Program-made: the position numbers and the translations under genes | Assembly: GCA_010015805.1 (NCBI GenBank) | Contig: ML978129.1 | Location: forward strand, 248,001-312,000 | From: Rhizodiscina lignyota | Taxonomy: Eukaryota | DNA length: 64,000 nucleotides | Direction of reading: 5' to 3' | Notes under the pieces: model-generated | Told to the model about the DNA's origin: nothing | The model's database searches: none | Seen by the model: only the letters and a program-made list of their open reading frames with translations | Shown: positions 12,352 through 24,014 of the stretch, in pieces | Layout of the letters: every line of letters starts with the position of its first letter | Numbering within the stretch: the first letter of the stretch is position 1

Positions 12352-15300
12352 ATGGCGTCGATGGCTTCTGCGGGAGTATTGCTCCACAGTGCAGCTCAAT
12401 CACCTGTGCCGATGTCAGGTACCCCAACACCGAGCATACACTCTCCCATACCGATCCCACCGGGCGAGGCCGACTTAGAACCTGTCGAACTTGAGGGGAG
12501 CATGTTTGGCGAGCTCCCGGGCCATTATGGGAGCTTTGGGCAAAGTCCAGCTCCCCCAAGACCAACATCCACAGTACATGCGTCGCCTGCAACGCCCCAA
12601 GACCATCCGCCAATGCCTCCAGCATCACAAGCCCAGTCGCTCGTGTATCATGAAGATCAGTATCTGCAACACGTTCAATACGCTACAGCTCCTCAACCTG
12701 CAACGCAGCCAACGCAATACTCCGTCCCTCAGCCACATCATGCGCAGCTACCCTCTCCGTCGCCATCCCAAATGACTTTTCAGTCGCAGCAAAGTACGAA
12801 CATGGGCACACAACACCAACATCAACATCAACAAAACCAATATCAGCAACCTTCCACGCATCAATACCATCCATCAATAAGCTCATCTCTATATGGTGCA
12901 CAGCCTGGACAACCTGCAACTGGAATGTCTCAGCCCCACCCGCAGCATCATATGCAACATCATCAATCTATTCATCAAAACGTGGCACCTACGTCCCAGA
13001 CTCCAAATCCACTCTTTCAAGCACAAGCTCAACAGTATACTTATGCAAATCCCGGCGCACAGACGTTACAGCAACCAGTCACTGTCAATCCAAGTACTCA
13101 ATCAGTGATCAGACCTACGACTCCAGGCGTTCATCTTCAGAATGGACAACTTCAGCAAGTGCAACATCCATCTTTACCGGCAGGTCATATGGCTACCAAT
13201 GGCCAAGTTCTGATGCAACAACCGACAACAGCAGGAGGAGTGGCTCAGAGTCCACATAATGTGCAGCATCCACAACCGCATCCAGCAATGGCTCACACCA
13301 ACCATCAAGGCCAGCATAGTCAAGGAAGTCATATTCCTCTATCTGTAAATCAACACGGTCATCCGGTACATCCAACCCAACATTTCCATCCAACTCCGGG
13401 TCATATTGGCAATGGCCATCCCACCGCCCCGGCCATGGCATCTATTCCTCAGCTTCAGCAACACTCTATGCCTCAACAAGTCCCTCAGCAAATGGTACAT
13501 CAGCAACCAATCCAGACTGGTAAGCCGCCAAAGAAACAAAAACTACCAAAACTACCAAAACTTCCGAAGCCATCCAAATCCAGTCATAGAACAAGCATCA
13601 GTGGTATGAGTATTGCATCATCCGTCAGTAGCTTGTCAACAACACCAGATGGAGGCATCGTTTCTCCCATGTCACCGCCAACATATACTCCAACACCAGT
13701 GATACAGCAGCCGCAGCCACAAGCGCACGCACAAGTGCCAGTGCAAGTTGTACAGCAACACCCGCAGCAGAATATGTCCGGTGTAGCAGCGAAGATGAGT
13801 GGCATTGTGTATCATTGGTATTGCAGCAAGTGTGAGGCTGGTGAGAGCATATTCCCTATCGGTTATCCGAGGGGTCGCTTACCATCGTGTAGGACTGTCA
13901 ACGAAGAACGTTTACTTTGAATGTCTAATCTGCTCCTCCGCCGACATCCATTCGAAACTTTGCCAGGCATGCTACTTGCAGGGTTGCGCAAGCAATAGCC
14001 CCCCCCTGAGCCACGACAAGACCTATTACATCTCCAATCAAGACCCGACGCTCACGAACGATACAAGCATCCCGCCTCAAAAGTGGACAATCCGCCGCAA
14101 CCAATTCGGTCGAATATGGTATCAATCATGCACAGCTCCTGTTAAGACACATGTCCGGCCAATGACTGCTGCTATACCAAATCATTCAGGTTGGATCGAA
14201 GCAAAGAATCCTAATGGCCAAATCTTTTGGGTCAGCACTGTGACAGGACAGACAAGCGGGAATCGGCCCACTACGGGAATGCCAAAGGGCTGGAGAGAGG
14301 TTAGAACTCCCGAGGGGCGGCCATTTTACGTCAACGATGCCCTCGAACTTGCAACATGGGTGTATCCTGGTCATCAACCACCACACAATCTCCAAACGGG
14401 CCAGCACGCAGACGCGAATGTCGCGAACGCAATGCACGCCCAGGTGCAGGTGCAGGTACAGTCCGGTAACGCGACAGCTCCCCAACTCGTGCATGCGCCA
14501 CAACCCCTCAAAGTCGGCCCTGTCAATGGCGCTGTGACGATCCATAATACTGTCACAAGGCCACCGGTGGCTGGCTCAGTGCAGGTTACCGCGACTGTTA
14601 TGAAGCCTCAGAAAAAGAAGAAAGACAAGACGGATAGCGAGGCAAAGGCAGAGTTGAAGAAAGCCGGAAAGCAGGCCGGTCTTGCCATGGCTTCTGGCGC
14701 AATTACTGGCACTCTGAAGGGTATGGGTGTCGATTCAAAATTTGCGAAGGGCATCAGCCAAGGCGTGGTTGGAATGGGAAGGGCGGGCGTAAGAGTGGCA
14801 AAGCAACATATGGATCAACAGCACCACCAGTACCATCAGCATCATCATCAGCAACCTACTGCTGACGACACAAGCAGCGATAGTGACGACAGCTCAGATG
14901 ATGGGCAAGTTATCTTCACTCCTGATAGTCCGCCTCAAGGATTAGCCGCGCAACAAGTGCAGGGACAGTACTTTGTCGACATGAGCGGCCAAGGACAACA
15001 GCAACCACAGTCGCTAAATCAGCAGTTCCAAACCTTGCAAATAAGTAGCGATCCCAATGCTAGTGGAAATGCACAGCAAACGACAGATAACGCCAACATT
15101 TCTATCCAAGGAGATGTCACGCTCGGTGCGGCATTCGCCGGACCTGTCGATCCGCTTTCTTTGACGCAGGATAACACTTACATCGTCGATAATTCGACGT
15201 CCATTCAAATAGACCAGTCACAGTATGTCGACATGTCGTCGGTACAAGTCGACTCATCACAGTTCAATGGGATCGCAAGCGGTCCCGTACCAACGGACCT

Positions 15301-15529
15301 CAGCGGCTTCACTACAGTAGACGCATCGTCTATGAGCGTCGTAGATGCAAGCGGCTCGGTTGCGGATGGGAGTGTGAGCGTTGACGCATATCAGGCGTAT
15401 GCAACGCAAGTGGATGTTGGAGAGAGCAATTCGCAGGGGCTGATCGATGGGGATGTGGAGGTAGACGAAGTTGATGTCGACGTTGACGTTGACGTTGACT
15501 GCTATGATTCTTCGGCTGGGTTATTTTGA
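12352..15529 (+). CDS. ~1041 aa protein: Q/P/H-rich disordered N-half, ZZ-like zinc finger, three WW domains, acidic tail
   Basis: A 52-nt intron 13841-13892 (GTGAGA..TAG, phase 1) joins two long ORFs in frame and reconstitutes YCSKCEAG..YFECLIC..LCQACY. WW repeats: KWTIRRNQFGRIWY, GWIEAKNPNGQIFWVS...P, PKGWREVRTPEGRPFYVN...TW.YP. Confidence 0.85.
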
Positions 15530-15734
15530 AATTTGATGACAGTAAGATATGATGATGTACGAACAGGAGTTATGATTTGAGAGAAATGAATGTTGATATG
15601 AGGCATTCTCACTTGACATAATTGCTTTTCGGGCTGACAGAGACAACGCTCTCGAAGGTTACATTACACGAATGCCTTTCGTAGCTCTCCCGATCTAGTA
15701 CTGCAGCAGCCTGAAAGTGTTCTAGCCATGCACC

Positions 15735-16124
15735 CTAGTACTCTATCTTCCAAGCTTCGCCTTTCGCCACTCCGTCCTTGCCCCATACTATGATTTGTTT
15801 CGCCGTTCGCGCCCTCCAAGGTTTGCAGAACGAAGCGGTCGTGTTGGCATAAGTCTCCAGCTCGCCCTCCGCACATTTCTTCAAAACGCACATCGCACCC
15901 CTGCTAAGGTACTCCTTGCTTTGGCACATGCATTTCCACGCCTTGTCCGTCGTCTTCCTCGCGCAACTGTCGTTCATCAATTGTGACAGCCCGCACTCTC
16001 TTTGGCAGTCGGTTTTCAGCATTGAGAAATCCGGCGCGCCATGTTTCAAAGGCCCGTGGTGTGTGAGTCCGGCTGCGACTATGGAGATGCCGAGTGCCCA
16101 CGTGAGAATTGTGGTAATCTTCAT
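15735..16124 (-). CDS. Small secreted cysteine-rich CFEM-like protein, 129 aa
   Basis: Signal peptide MKITTILTWALGISIVAA. Eight Cys in CFEM spacing (CxxxC..C..CxC..CxxxxC..C). No TM or GPI tail. Confidence 0.75.
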   Translation of the reverse strand: MKITTILTWALGISIVAAGLTHHGPLKHGAPDFSMLKTDCQRECGLSQLMNDSCARKTTDKAWKCMCQSKEYLSRGAMCVLKKCAEGELETYANTTASFCKPWRARTAKQIIVWGKDGVAKGEAWKIEY

Positions 16125-18241
16125 TTTGGAGATGTTGGAGTTCGCAGCGGGACAAATAAAAGAGTGTGTGCAATGTGTACAGCAGAGTAGATGATTGGGA
16201 GAGCAGAATCGATACAGATCTGAAATTTATAAGACGTAGTGTGCGCCAGTGCGCAAACGTTGCACGAGAACCAATGAAGATAGTCCGCTGGAACCAATAG
16301 AGATCTTGCCATTCGAAAATAGCTCTTCAGAATCTTACCCCACTTCTCAATAATCGTCAAGTCGAAGCGGAGGGAATTGCAAGAGTGGAGGCTCCCTGCG
16401 ACCCATCGTGAGCGTACGTATTAAGGGTGTCACTCCAATCGTTGGCGCCAGTCGAGTCTGCCGTATAAAAGAACTGCACGATTGAGGCCTTATGGTCAAA
16501 GACTGGAAGCACTTAGACGTGGATCGTGTCCATTGCTGACCACTTGACATCTAAATTCCCTTGGGCTTGGTTAAATCGCGCCGGTCGAAGTCCGACGGCG
16601 TCATTCTTATTGTTGTAAAGCCATATCCTATAGAATTATCAGCGCATTCAAGTTCCTCCTTTGACAGGAGGAGGAATCGTACTCAATGTTCCACCTCTTA
16701 TGCTTCTTGTCCATCCATTGATGGATATGAGCCTTCATCCAGCCTGGGTCTGGTACTTTGGACAATAATCCCGGGGTCGATGGTTTCAACGTATGTGGTT
16801 TCCTTGTGGACTCGACTTGTGACGATCCGATGTTGTATGTTGAGGCCTGTTTGTAGACGTACGTGCAAGAGGAATGATATGAGACGGAGATGCTGTCAAG
16901 TGGGAACGGTGATTCGCCGGGTAGATCGGACGGGATGCGTGCGAAGGGTGATTCGACGCGTGGGGACCACGATCCATTGAAAGCGCGTGTCTTGGCAATT
17001 TGTTGTTGCAAATACCCGCCGCGCTGATTGTGATCTTTTTCATACTGTGTTATATGTACAACTCGCGTATTCTAATCCCTGTGCTTTCGAGCACTGGTGC
17101 GGAAAACATCAGGTAATGCTGAGTTTATCCTGGCCCCTCTTGCCCTTAGGGGCTGAGACCTCGTTGAGACGGACTGGGGGGTTCAGGTTTTTTTGCCCTT
17201 TGCTATAAAGGGTTCGATTCTCGCGGACATCATTCTCTTTTTTTTCTCCCTCCCCTTTTTTTTTGGAAAATAATTCATCCTATAAGGAGGAAAGAGTACA
17301 GAGAAGGTGTGTAGCAGTCTATTAGAAGTTACGTGATGGCAATTGAAATTGAATATGGCTGTGCGGCATACTGGCAGTGGCACCAAATTCAACCGATAGA
17401 TAAAGAAGCCACTGTTCATTGAGAACAAAAAGAAGTACGACGCCTTTTACCTGCTACAGACTGCCGGTGAAGGTTGTCTCTTTATTTTACCAGGCTTGAG
17501 AAGAGAATTAGAGTGAGAGGCATTGGATGTCGGCGTTTAGGTGCAGGAGAGCTCAACGAATTAGGGAGACAGTCTTGCTCTGGACCGGGCTCATCGATTC
17601 TTTCCGGCGTCCAGATGAGGAACGTGAGGGCAAGTTGTAGAGATCGAGATTATCCTCGGTCTGAAGGCATTTTTGAAAAAGACCACGATATTGAAAGCCA
17701 TGTACGTGACAGGTTTTCATGACCGGAAAAGAGCGTCAGGGTCTCCCCTTATCCCAAAACTTTGCACTCAGGGATGATTTCTATAAAGGGAATAGTCTAT
17801 CTTACTCATTAAACGCTGCGCATGACATAAGCGTGCAATACTCAACCTGCAACTTCAACTAACGGGTACTGACAAACCCAGAACTTGGGTACCTAGGCAC
17901 CCAGAACTTTGTGCGAGCGAGACTCGCAAATTGTGATCGCGAACAGCACACACCATTGATCTCGAGTACGGAGTAGAGCATAATCTGTAAAGATATTTGG
18001 AGATGTGGCCTCGGCGTCTTTTTAAAAGTCCCCGTCGAAGGATTTTGATGTCGCACGATTCGTCTTGGTGAATCCTTCCTTCGCTTCGCCTTCGCATAGC
18101 CCACCTCCATCTAGGCAGCCATGCCCTAGTTAACATTTTCTTGCAAGTCTCAAGTATCTGTATTAATTCATGGAATGCCCCAACCTCACACATCTTTTAT
18201 TATCCCTCCATTGTTGGAGAACGTGATTTAGAAGGGATCAA

Positions 18242-19031
18242 ATGCCTCAAGCGAACAATGCCACTGGCAGGCGTCATTACCAGACAACGACGATACTAAT
18301 ATGCCTATGGTTTCTCCAATTGTTACTCTTGCTACTTCTGATTTTTCCCGTGTATGGCATAGATTCGTTCAAGAGGGGCGTGAAATCAACACCGAAGCCT
18401 GAAGATTTGTAAGTTGTTCTCTCAATTCGCCTGTGATGCATAGTTATCGAATCTCTACTTCATTTGCATATGCTATTCTTTGCACTTTTACTCCTTCACT
18501 ACGGAGTATTACGCTTCTATTAACATGAATGCAGTGTTGAATCGTATATCGTTCTGGCACTTTTGCTGTTCGTCACCGTCGTCGATATCTTCGAAGCAAC
18601 GCGATACTTCATGGGAAAGCTTTCTCGAGACAATTACTTACGACTTCAATGGCTTAAGTTAGCCGTTTCAGTTGTTTTATGGGTCGCAATCATACTCCTC
18701 CTCCTGATCCCTTCGGCTCATTCTATTGGAGACAATAACCCGATACCCATATTGATGATAGTTGTTCAAATTTTGCTGGCGTTAATTGTTGCGCAGTGCG
18801 TCAACCCACACCGTCATACAGAGACAGACAGTGCTTACACCATACAGGGTTCCCATTTTGGCATCAGTGTTTTTCGCGCTTGGTTATCAAGAAACTTCCC
18901 CTGTGACAGGAATCTCCGAGACCACGCCGCTGAGACATGAAGAGCGAAGCCAAGAGAATGATGAATGGAGAACTGAGCCTCGAACTTCAACAGAGCTCGT
19001 ACGTGATCAACGATGGGGATTTGCTCCATAA
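18242..19031 (+). CDS. Hypothetical ~203 aa multi-pass (about 4-5 TM) membrane protein
   Basis: Exons 18242-18408, 18535-18795, 18848-19031. Both introns (GTAAGT..CAG; GTGCGT..CAG) are phase 2 and give an uninterrupted frame with several hydrophobic helices and a charged C-tail. Confidence 0.7.
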
Positions 19032-19103
19032 TGATATACAAATTTTCGGAGGAGACGTTTGAAGATGGGAGTCATACTCCAAGCCCCCATTTACGATAAG
19101 AAA

Positions 19104-20105
19104 TCAATTGAGCGCAGTCGGGCTCTCCAGTTCTGGTGGCTTGAAGTCGGTGCCAATCTCATACACATGCGCACCTCCCAGTTGCTGCGGCATACCACTC
19201 AGCTGCCATTGGTCTTGTGGTTGCGGTGCTGCATTATTGATCGGATAATCCTCCACTTTGGTCTCGACAGTACTTTGCGCCAGCTGCTCAGCTCTCGCGC
19301 GCCGTCTTCTCTCCCGCAAATACAGCGCTCCAAGAACAGTTGAGATCAGCGCAAGCGGGACACCAATACCAACTCCAACTCCTATTCGAACGTTCTTGCT
19401 TACTCTACCATCGTCGCCATTGTCAGCGGTCGACTTGGTTGCATTGGTGCTATTCGACGTAGAGATGGAATACGAACTCGACGCACCGTGCGAAGCAGAC
19501 GACGTAGGGCTTGATGTCTGCGAGATGGAAATGGGGTTTCCTGATAAGTCGGCAGTGGCAATGGGCTCCGCATTGCCGGCAATCTTCTGCAGGCCTCCTT
19601 CCGGCCAGGTAAAAGTATCGGAGTTGCAAACCGCAGATGTATTAGTGCCACACCATCCTTGGTCTTGTATGTCTGATTGAGTACATTTCCAGATGTTCGA
19701 CCAGGTATCACTATTCACTGGAGCGTATTTTAGCGAAGATGATATGAGCGAGCTGATTGATGGGTTTGTTACCTGTGGTGCATACGCCTGGGCAACTTCT
19801 ATCTTGCCAACTCCTGTCAGTGCAAGCACCTCGATATGCCATGTTGAGAATGGCGCCGTAACAGAGGCCGTTCGTTAGGCATGCTTCACCTGATGCGCAG
19901 CAATGGGTGTCGAACCGATAGTCTGTGTCGCAGGGGAGATCTATGCGTATCAATCCAATTAGCTCTCATAATATCAGATACGGATCGATCACTTCCTACA
20001 CTGAGGTGGAGCGGTTGTTCCGCTGGGAAAGTAGCATGTCCTATTCTCCTTGCAGGTTATGAGCGAGGTGAAGATAAAAACCACGACACATGTTAAGCGC
20101 TTCAT
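19104..20105 (-). CDS. Type I membrane protein: Cys-rich ectodomain, Ser/Thr stalk, single TM (Mid2/Wsc-like topology)
   Basis: Exons 20105-20000, 19940-19773, 19717-19104. Signal peptide; TCYFPSG, HCCASGEACLTNGLC, YRGACTDRSW..CP..C motifs; IGVGVGIGVP TM followed by RERRRR; C-terminal YEI/PELES motif. Confidence 0.85.
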
Positions 20106-20179
20106 ATCGTCTGCGTTAAATGCTTCAGTTGGATGTGTATAGAAATGCAATGATTACACGGACTCGAAAAGAAAGAGAG

Positions 20180-21734
20180 CTCTAAGTTTATCAATACGAG
20201 CCACGCAAGGACGTGGAGAGGTTTCAGGAACAGTACAAGAGAGAACAGGATTAGCCAAGAAGTAAAACAGAGAAGAAACATTATGGCGTACCATGTTAAC
20301 GCGCCACCTTATTACATTTGAGCCGAGTGAGAGAGACCTTTCGGTTCATTCCAGAAGGAATGAGCCCCTGTCATGATAGAGCCGTAAGGCGTGCAGCCAT
20401 GTGGCTCTGACTGCTAGTCACTGCAGATCTGAGATGAGAAGCAAGGGCCATGCGGGATCTGCCATAGTCATGGCATTTGACAGGTCTTAAAATATCGAGA
20501 GGGCGTCGGTTGAAGCTCAAGTCGAACTTGCAAACCCTATTTCAAAGCTGTCGGATCAGCGAATGGCAAGGCGTTAGGCGGATCTGGACGCGTCTAGTTC
20601 TTGGTGCAATTTCTGATACAACAAAAGCTCGAGAAAGTTGGGTTTGCATCCCAGAAACAATTGTTCAGGTATTTCAAGATTGGGTTCCAACCAATGGCAG
20701 AAAACACTCGAGCTCAAAAGAACTGCAGCGTCTTCGGGCGGGATGGCTGTTCTCTACTTTGCATAGAATTGTCTCATGTAAAGTTTTGATGGTATATATG
20801 ATACCCGGGAAGGCCCAACTTGTTGCGGATATGGTTTTCAGGCCTCCCACCGTTGGCTGACTGCTCAGGGGTTGAAAGGTTGTTCCGCAGCACGATGAAA
20901 ACCTCACTCTGGCGTGTTTGGCAACTCTGTGGAGATTTGAAAGTCCTCTTCGGCTGTCTTGGTATGGTTGCTGGAGAGGGTTTACGAGGTGAGAAGATGA
21001 GGCCGAGGATGAGGTTGGGGAAATTAAAATATTCTAATGCACGTGCTCGCCCCGATTTAGTCAAGCCACGATCTGCTCGCAATTTCTCAACACCTCCTGG
21101 ACTTCACCGGTCCAACAACCGTCACAATGTTGCGTTTAACCGCTCCCAACAGATCGGGCAGAAGATCAAATATGTCGCACACGAGTCTAGAAGATTTTAT
21201 TGGCTTGACTTTGCATGCGTTCTACGAGCAAGCGCAATGGTTTCCAGGTATCTCCTACCGCTCAGAAATGCTAGCTCCGAAGCGACGTACTCAGAAGCCG
21301 ACGGTATTTCCATACTACGTGAGAGGCTCTAAGACAGGTTCGATAGCCCTCACACGGCGCGTCGCTCAAGTCACAGCTTCAAAATGCCTCATTCTTTCAT
21401 ATCGCCGGTTACTCTCAGTTTTTCGGACTCTCACCCAACTGAATGGCTCTCAAGAAGTTAAGAGAGATCCTGTGCAATCTGGGATTGCAGCCGATCGCCT
21501 TCTCATGTCTTATTGCTCCCATTGATACAGCTCGCATTCCGAATCTCGACTAAAGATATTCTTGAAGATATGCCTAATTTTCACATGCAACTGAACACCA
21601 ACATAGCAAGTTTGCTTCCTGGAGTTCATTCACGAAAGTTTCATTTGTCGTACAAGCGCCAAAATACAACACGATGTGTCCAAGCCGAGGCCCGTTCCTC
21701 CATGAAGCTGTATTCTTTGCGTCATGTCTTCTGA
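20180..21734 (+). pseudogene. Possible decayed gene relic, unidentified
   Basis: Short ORF fragments interrupted by stops, several in the same frame (20601-20789, 20820-21332, 21513-21734), plus intron-like signals (GTAAGG ~20384..CTGAC..CAG ~20427). No family recognised. Confidence 0.25.
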
Positions 21735-21846
21735 TTCATAGAATATAGTTCTCGTTTGTCAAATTGCTAATGCTTTACCTACTTTCATTTCCCTCTTTGT
21801 CCTTGTTCAACTCACTATCCTCAGCGGTGTGCGGACATGAAGTAGG

Positions 21847-23680
21847 ATGGATCGTAGATCTTCAGAAACGTTGCAATTTGATATATCGAACAGGTATGGA
21901 TATTCTCCTCCAGCTCGACATCAAAGACCAGTGCCAATAGTCTTATTATAGCCCTCGGCGAGAGCATATCGAACTCGAGGAACGTACAACTCCCAGCAGA
22001 TCGACAGCGAGTGCCCGACATTCTCGACCTTCAGGAGCACATCACAATATTCGACCGCCGCCAGGCCACACCCAGCGTATACAACGACGGGATCTGCATT
22101 CTCCGCAGCCTAGTCAAAGTAGTGTGTCTTCGAGCTTCCATCCGCGACCGGGAGCTCAGCAAGTGCATCACCCCCCTGACCATGCCCAGCAGTGGTCATT
22201 CGATTCGATAGACCACGAGGATGTCTCTGAGGAAGAACACGAACCGTCGCTGAGAAGACTGAGTTTGGATTCTGTAGGTTCTGCCAAGATACGGCGTGTG
22301 GGAGCAGTGCGTGAGCATATTCGAGAGCGGCAAGATCTTAGGCAGCAAGAGAGCCCTAATGGGGACCGCGAGAGTACCAAATTGGATAACGATGATAACC
22401 AAGAGCAACACAGTTGTGGACGATGTCGTCGACGTCACCGTTGGAGTCATGAGCATGAAGAACTAGGCTGTCCGCGATGTCGGCGTCGCCACCAACTACA
22501 CCATATCCCAGAAGGGAAGTACTACTGCGCTCCCCACCAGAGTTGGCGTCATCAACGAAAAGAAGTTAGCCACGATGATCGTCGCACTCATAGGCGGAGT
22601 GGGGAATTTCATTCTCGCAGTCGACAAGACAACGCCGAATCAAGGCGCACGGTCCCTACCAGAACTTTCAGTTCCAAGATAGGAGAGTGGTTCTCCTCTC
22701 TAAAACATGGCTTCGACCTGAATCGCCGATCACAGATGGGAAGCAGACGGAGGCATAGAAGAGAACAGTCATCACTTAAAGGTGATGGAAGATTATCGCG
22801 GCTCGGCATCAATTTCTTGACGCCATTCGGCGGTTACAACCCTTCGTCTGAGAGGGTACCTTATCCTTCCTCAGGCTCTGCAGTGAATGTAAGCTCGCGC
22901 CCTAGGATCAACCAGCCTGGAGAGCGAATGAGGGGGCCACCGGGACATGATTCATCAACCGAAGCGGAGCGTATGGCGGAACGCGAGTCTCGAACTCGCG
23001 GACAAAGACGAGCGCATAAAGTGCAACACGGCGGAACAGGAGTGAGCAGCAACAGAAGGAAGTTCAAGAATCGAACTGCGCACCACAGTGTGGAAGAGGT
23101 GACCTCTTCCGAAATCACTCCTCTACATAACAATCTCTCTAACGAGGTGGCAAAGGTCCCTCCTCTTCGTCAACATCATGATGGTGAATCGGGAAAGCAT
23201 TCGAGACGACCATCAGACCCGACGCGCGAAAACCTGCGGAGATTTCTGCGGGAGCAAGAGGGCCCAAGTCCACCACCTCCGAGGCGCTTTCCGTCGGCTG
23301 CAATGCAAGGTCTCTACTCACCTACATACCAAGAAGAGCGAGAACAGGCTGCTGATCGTCGTCGACGAGAGCGCGCAAGCGCCTTGCCACATGAGCTGCT
23401 GGATCCGGGTAGAATGGAAGGGGAGCGAAGTCCTTCAGCTTCCGAGTACACAGAAATTACGCAGTTGAGCGCAAGTGACCAGGGACTTGCAACACGACCG
23501 GCCACTGAACATTCGCTGCGAAGAACTCAAGGCCACAGGCGACATACTTTGTCGGACAGCAATCTTGTCTGGATTGATCCACTTCGAAGCGATTCGGAAG
23601 TAGCTGTGATCGACGGGGGATGGCCAAGAGCTAAAGTCACGCATGAGCAGAGACAAAGCTTCTTCATGCAGAATGCTTAA
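21847..23680 (+). CDS. Hypothetical Arg/His/Ser-rich disordered protein, ~591 aa
   Basis: ATG 21847; intron 21894-21951 (GTATGG..TAG) joins in frame to the long open frame ending at 23680. Two CxRCRRRH motifs. Confidence 0.7.
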
Positions 23681-24014
23681 TGCTGGAGCGTCATTCGCAT
23701 CAAAATGACTACTAGATTTCCGAACCAGGAATGAGCACGGAAGCTGGTACTGTGATAGACTTTTGGTTGAAAGTAGTTCAATTAGAATACAAGTGAATAC
23801 CTGTAGGTATTTATGAACTATGTCATCAGATCGTATCCAAATATAACAGCAGAAAACTCCATTTGCGCCCGAACTGCGCCTCGTGCCGGAAACATCCCAC
23901 AAATGGATCCTCGCTGGACCGTAGTTACGTCCTTGACCAGCGGTGTTGCCCCATACCGATGCCTTGGACTCCTAACCTTCTGTGCAATGATAGACCGAAG
24001 AAAGAGCCCCATAA

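Noticed and set aside
16628..17043. Overlapping short minus-strand ORFs; one contains WNIEY, similar to the CFEM gene's WKIEY ending
   Set aside because: No coherent ATG or splice model, no Cys pattern; the similarity is too short to be meaningful.
17295..17320. ACAGAGAAG resembling the U6 snRNA box
   Set aside because: The match does not extend (no GATTAGCATGG).
17430..17465. GCCTTTTAC resembling U5 snRNA loop 1
   Set aside because: The flanks do not form the required stem and no other U5 features are apparent.
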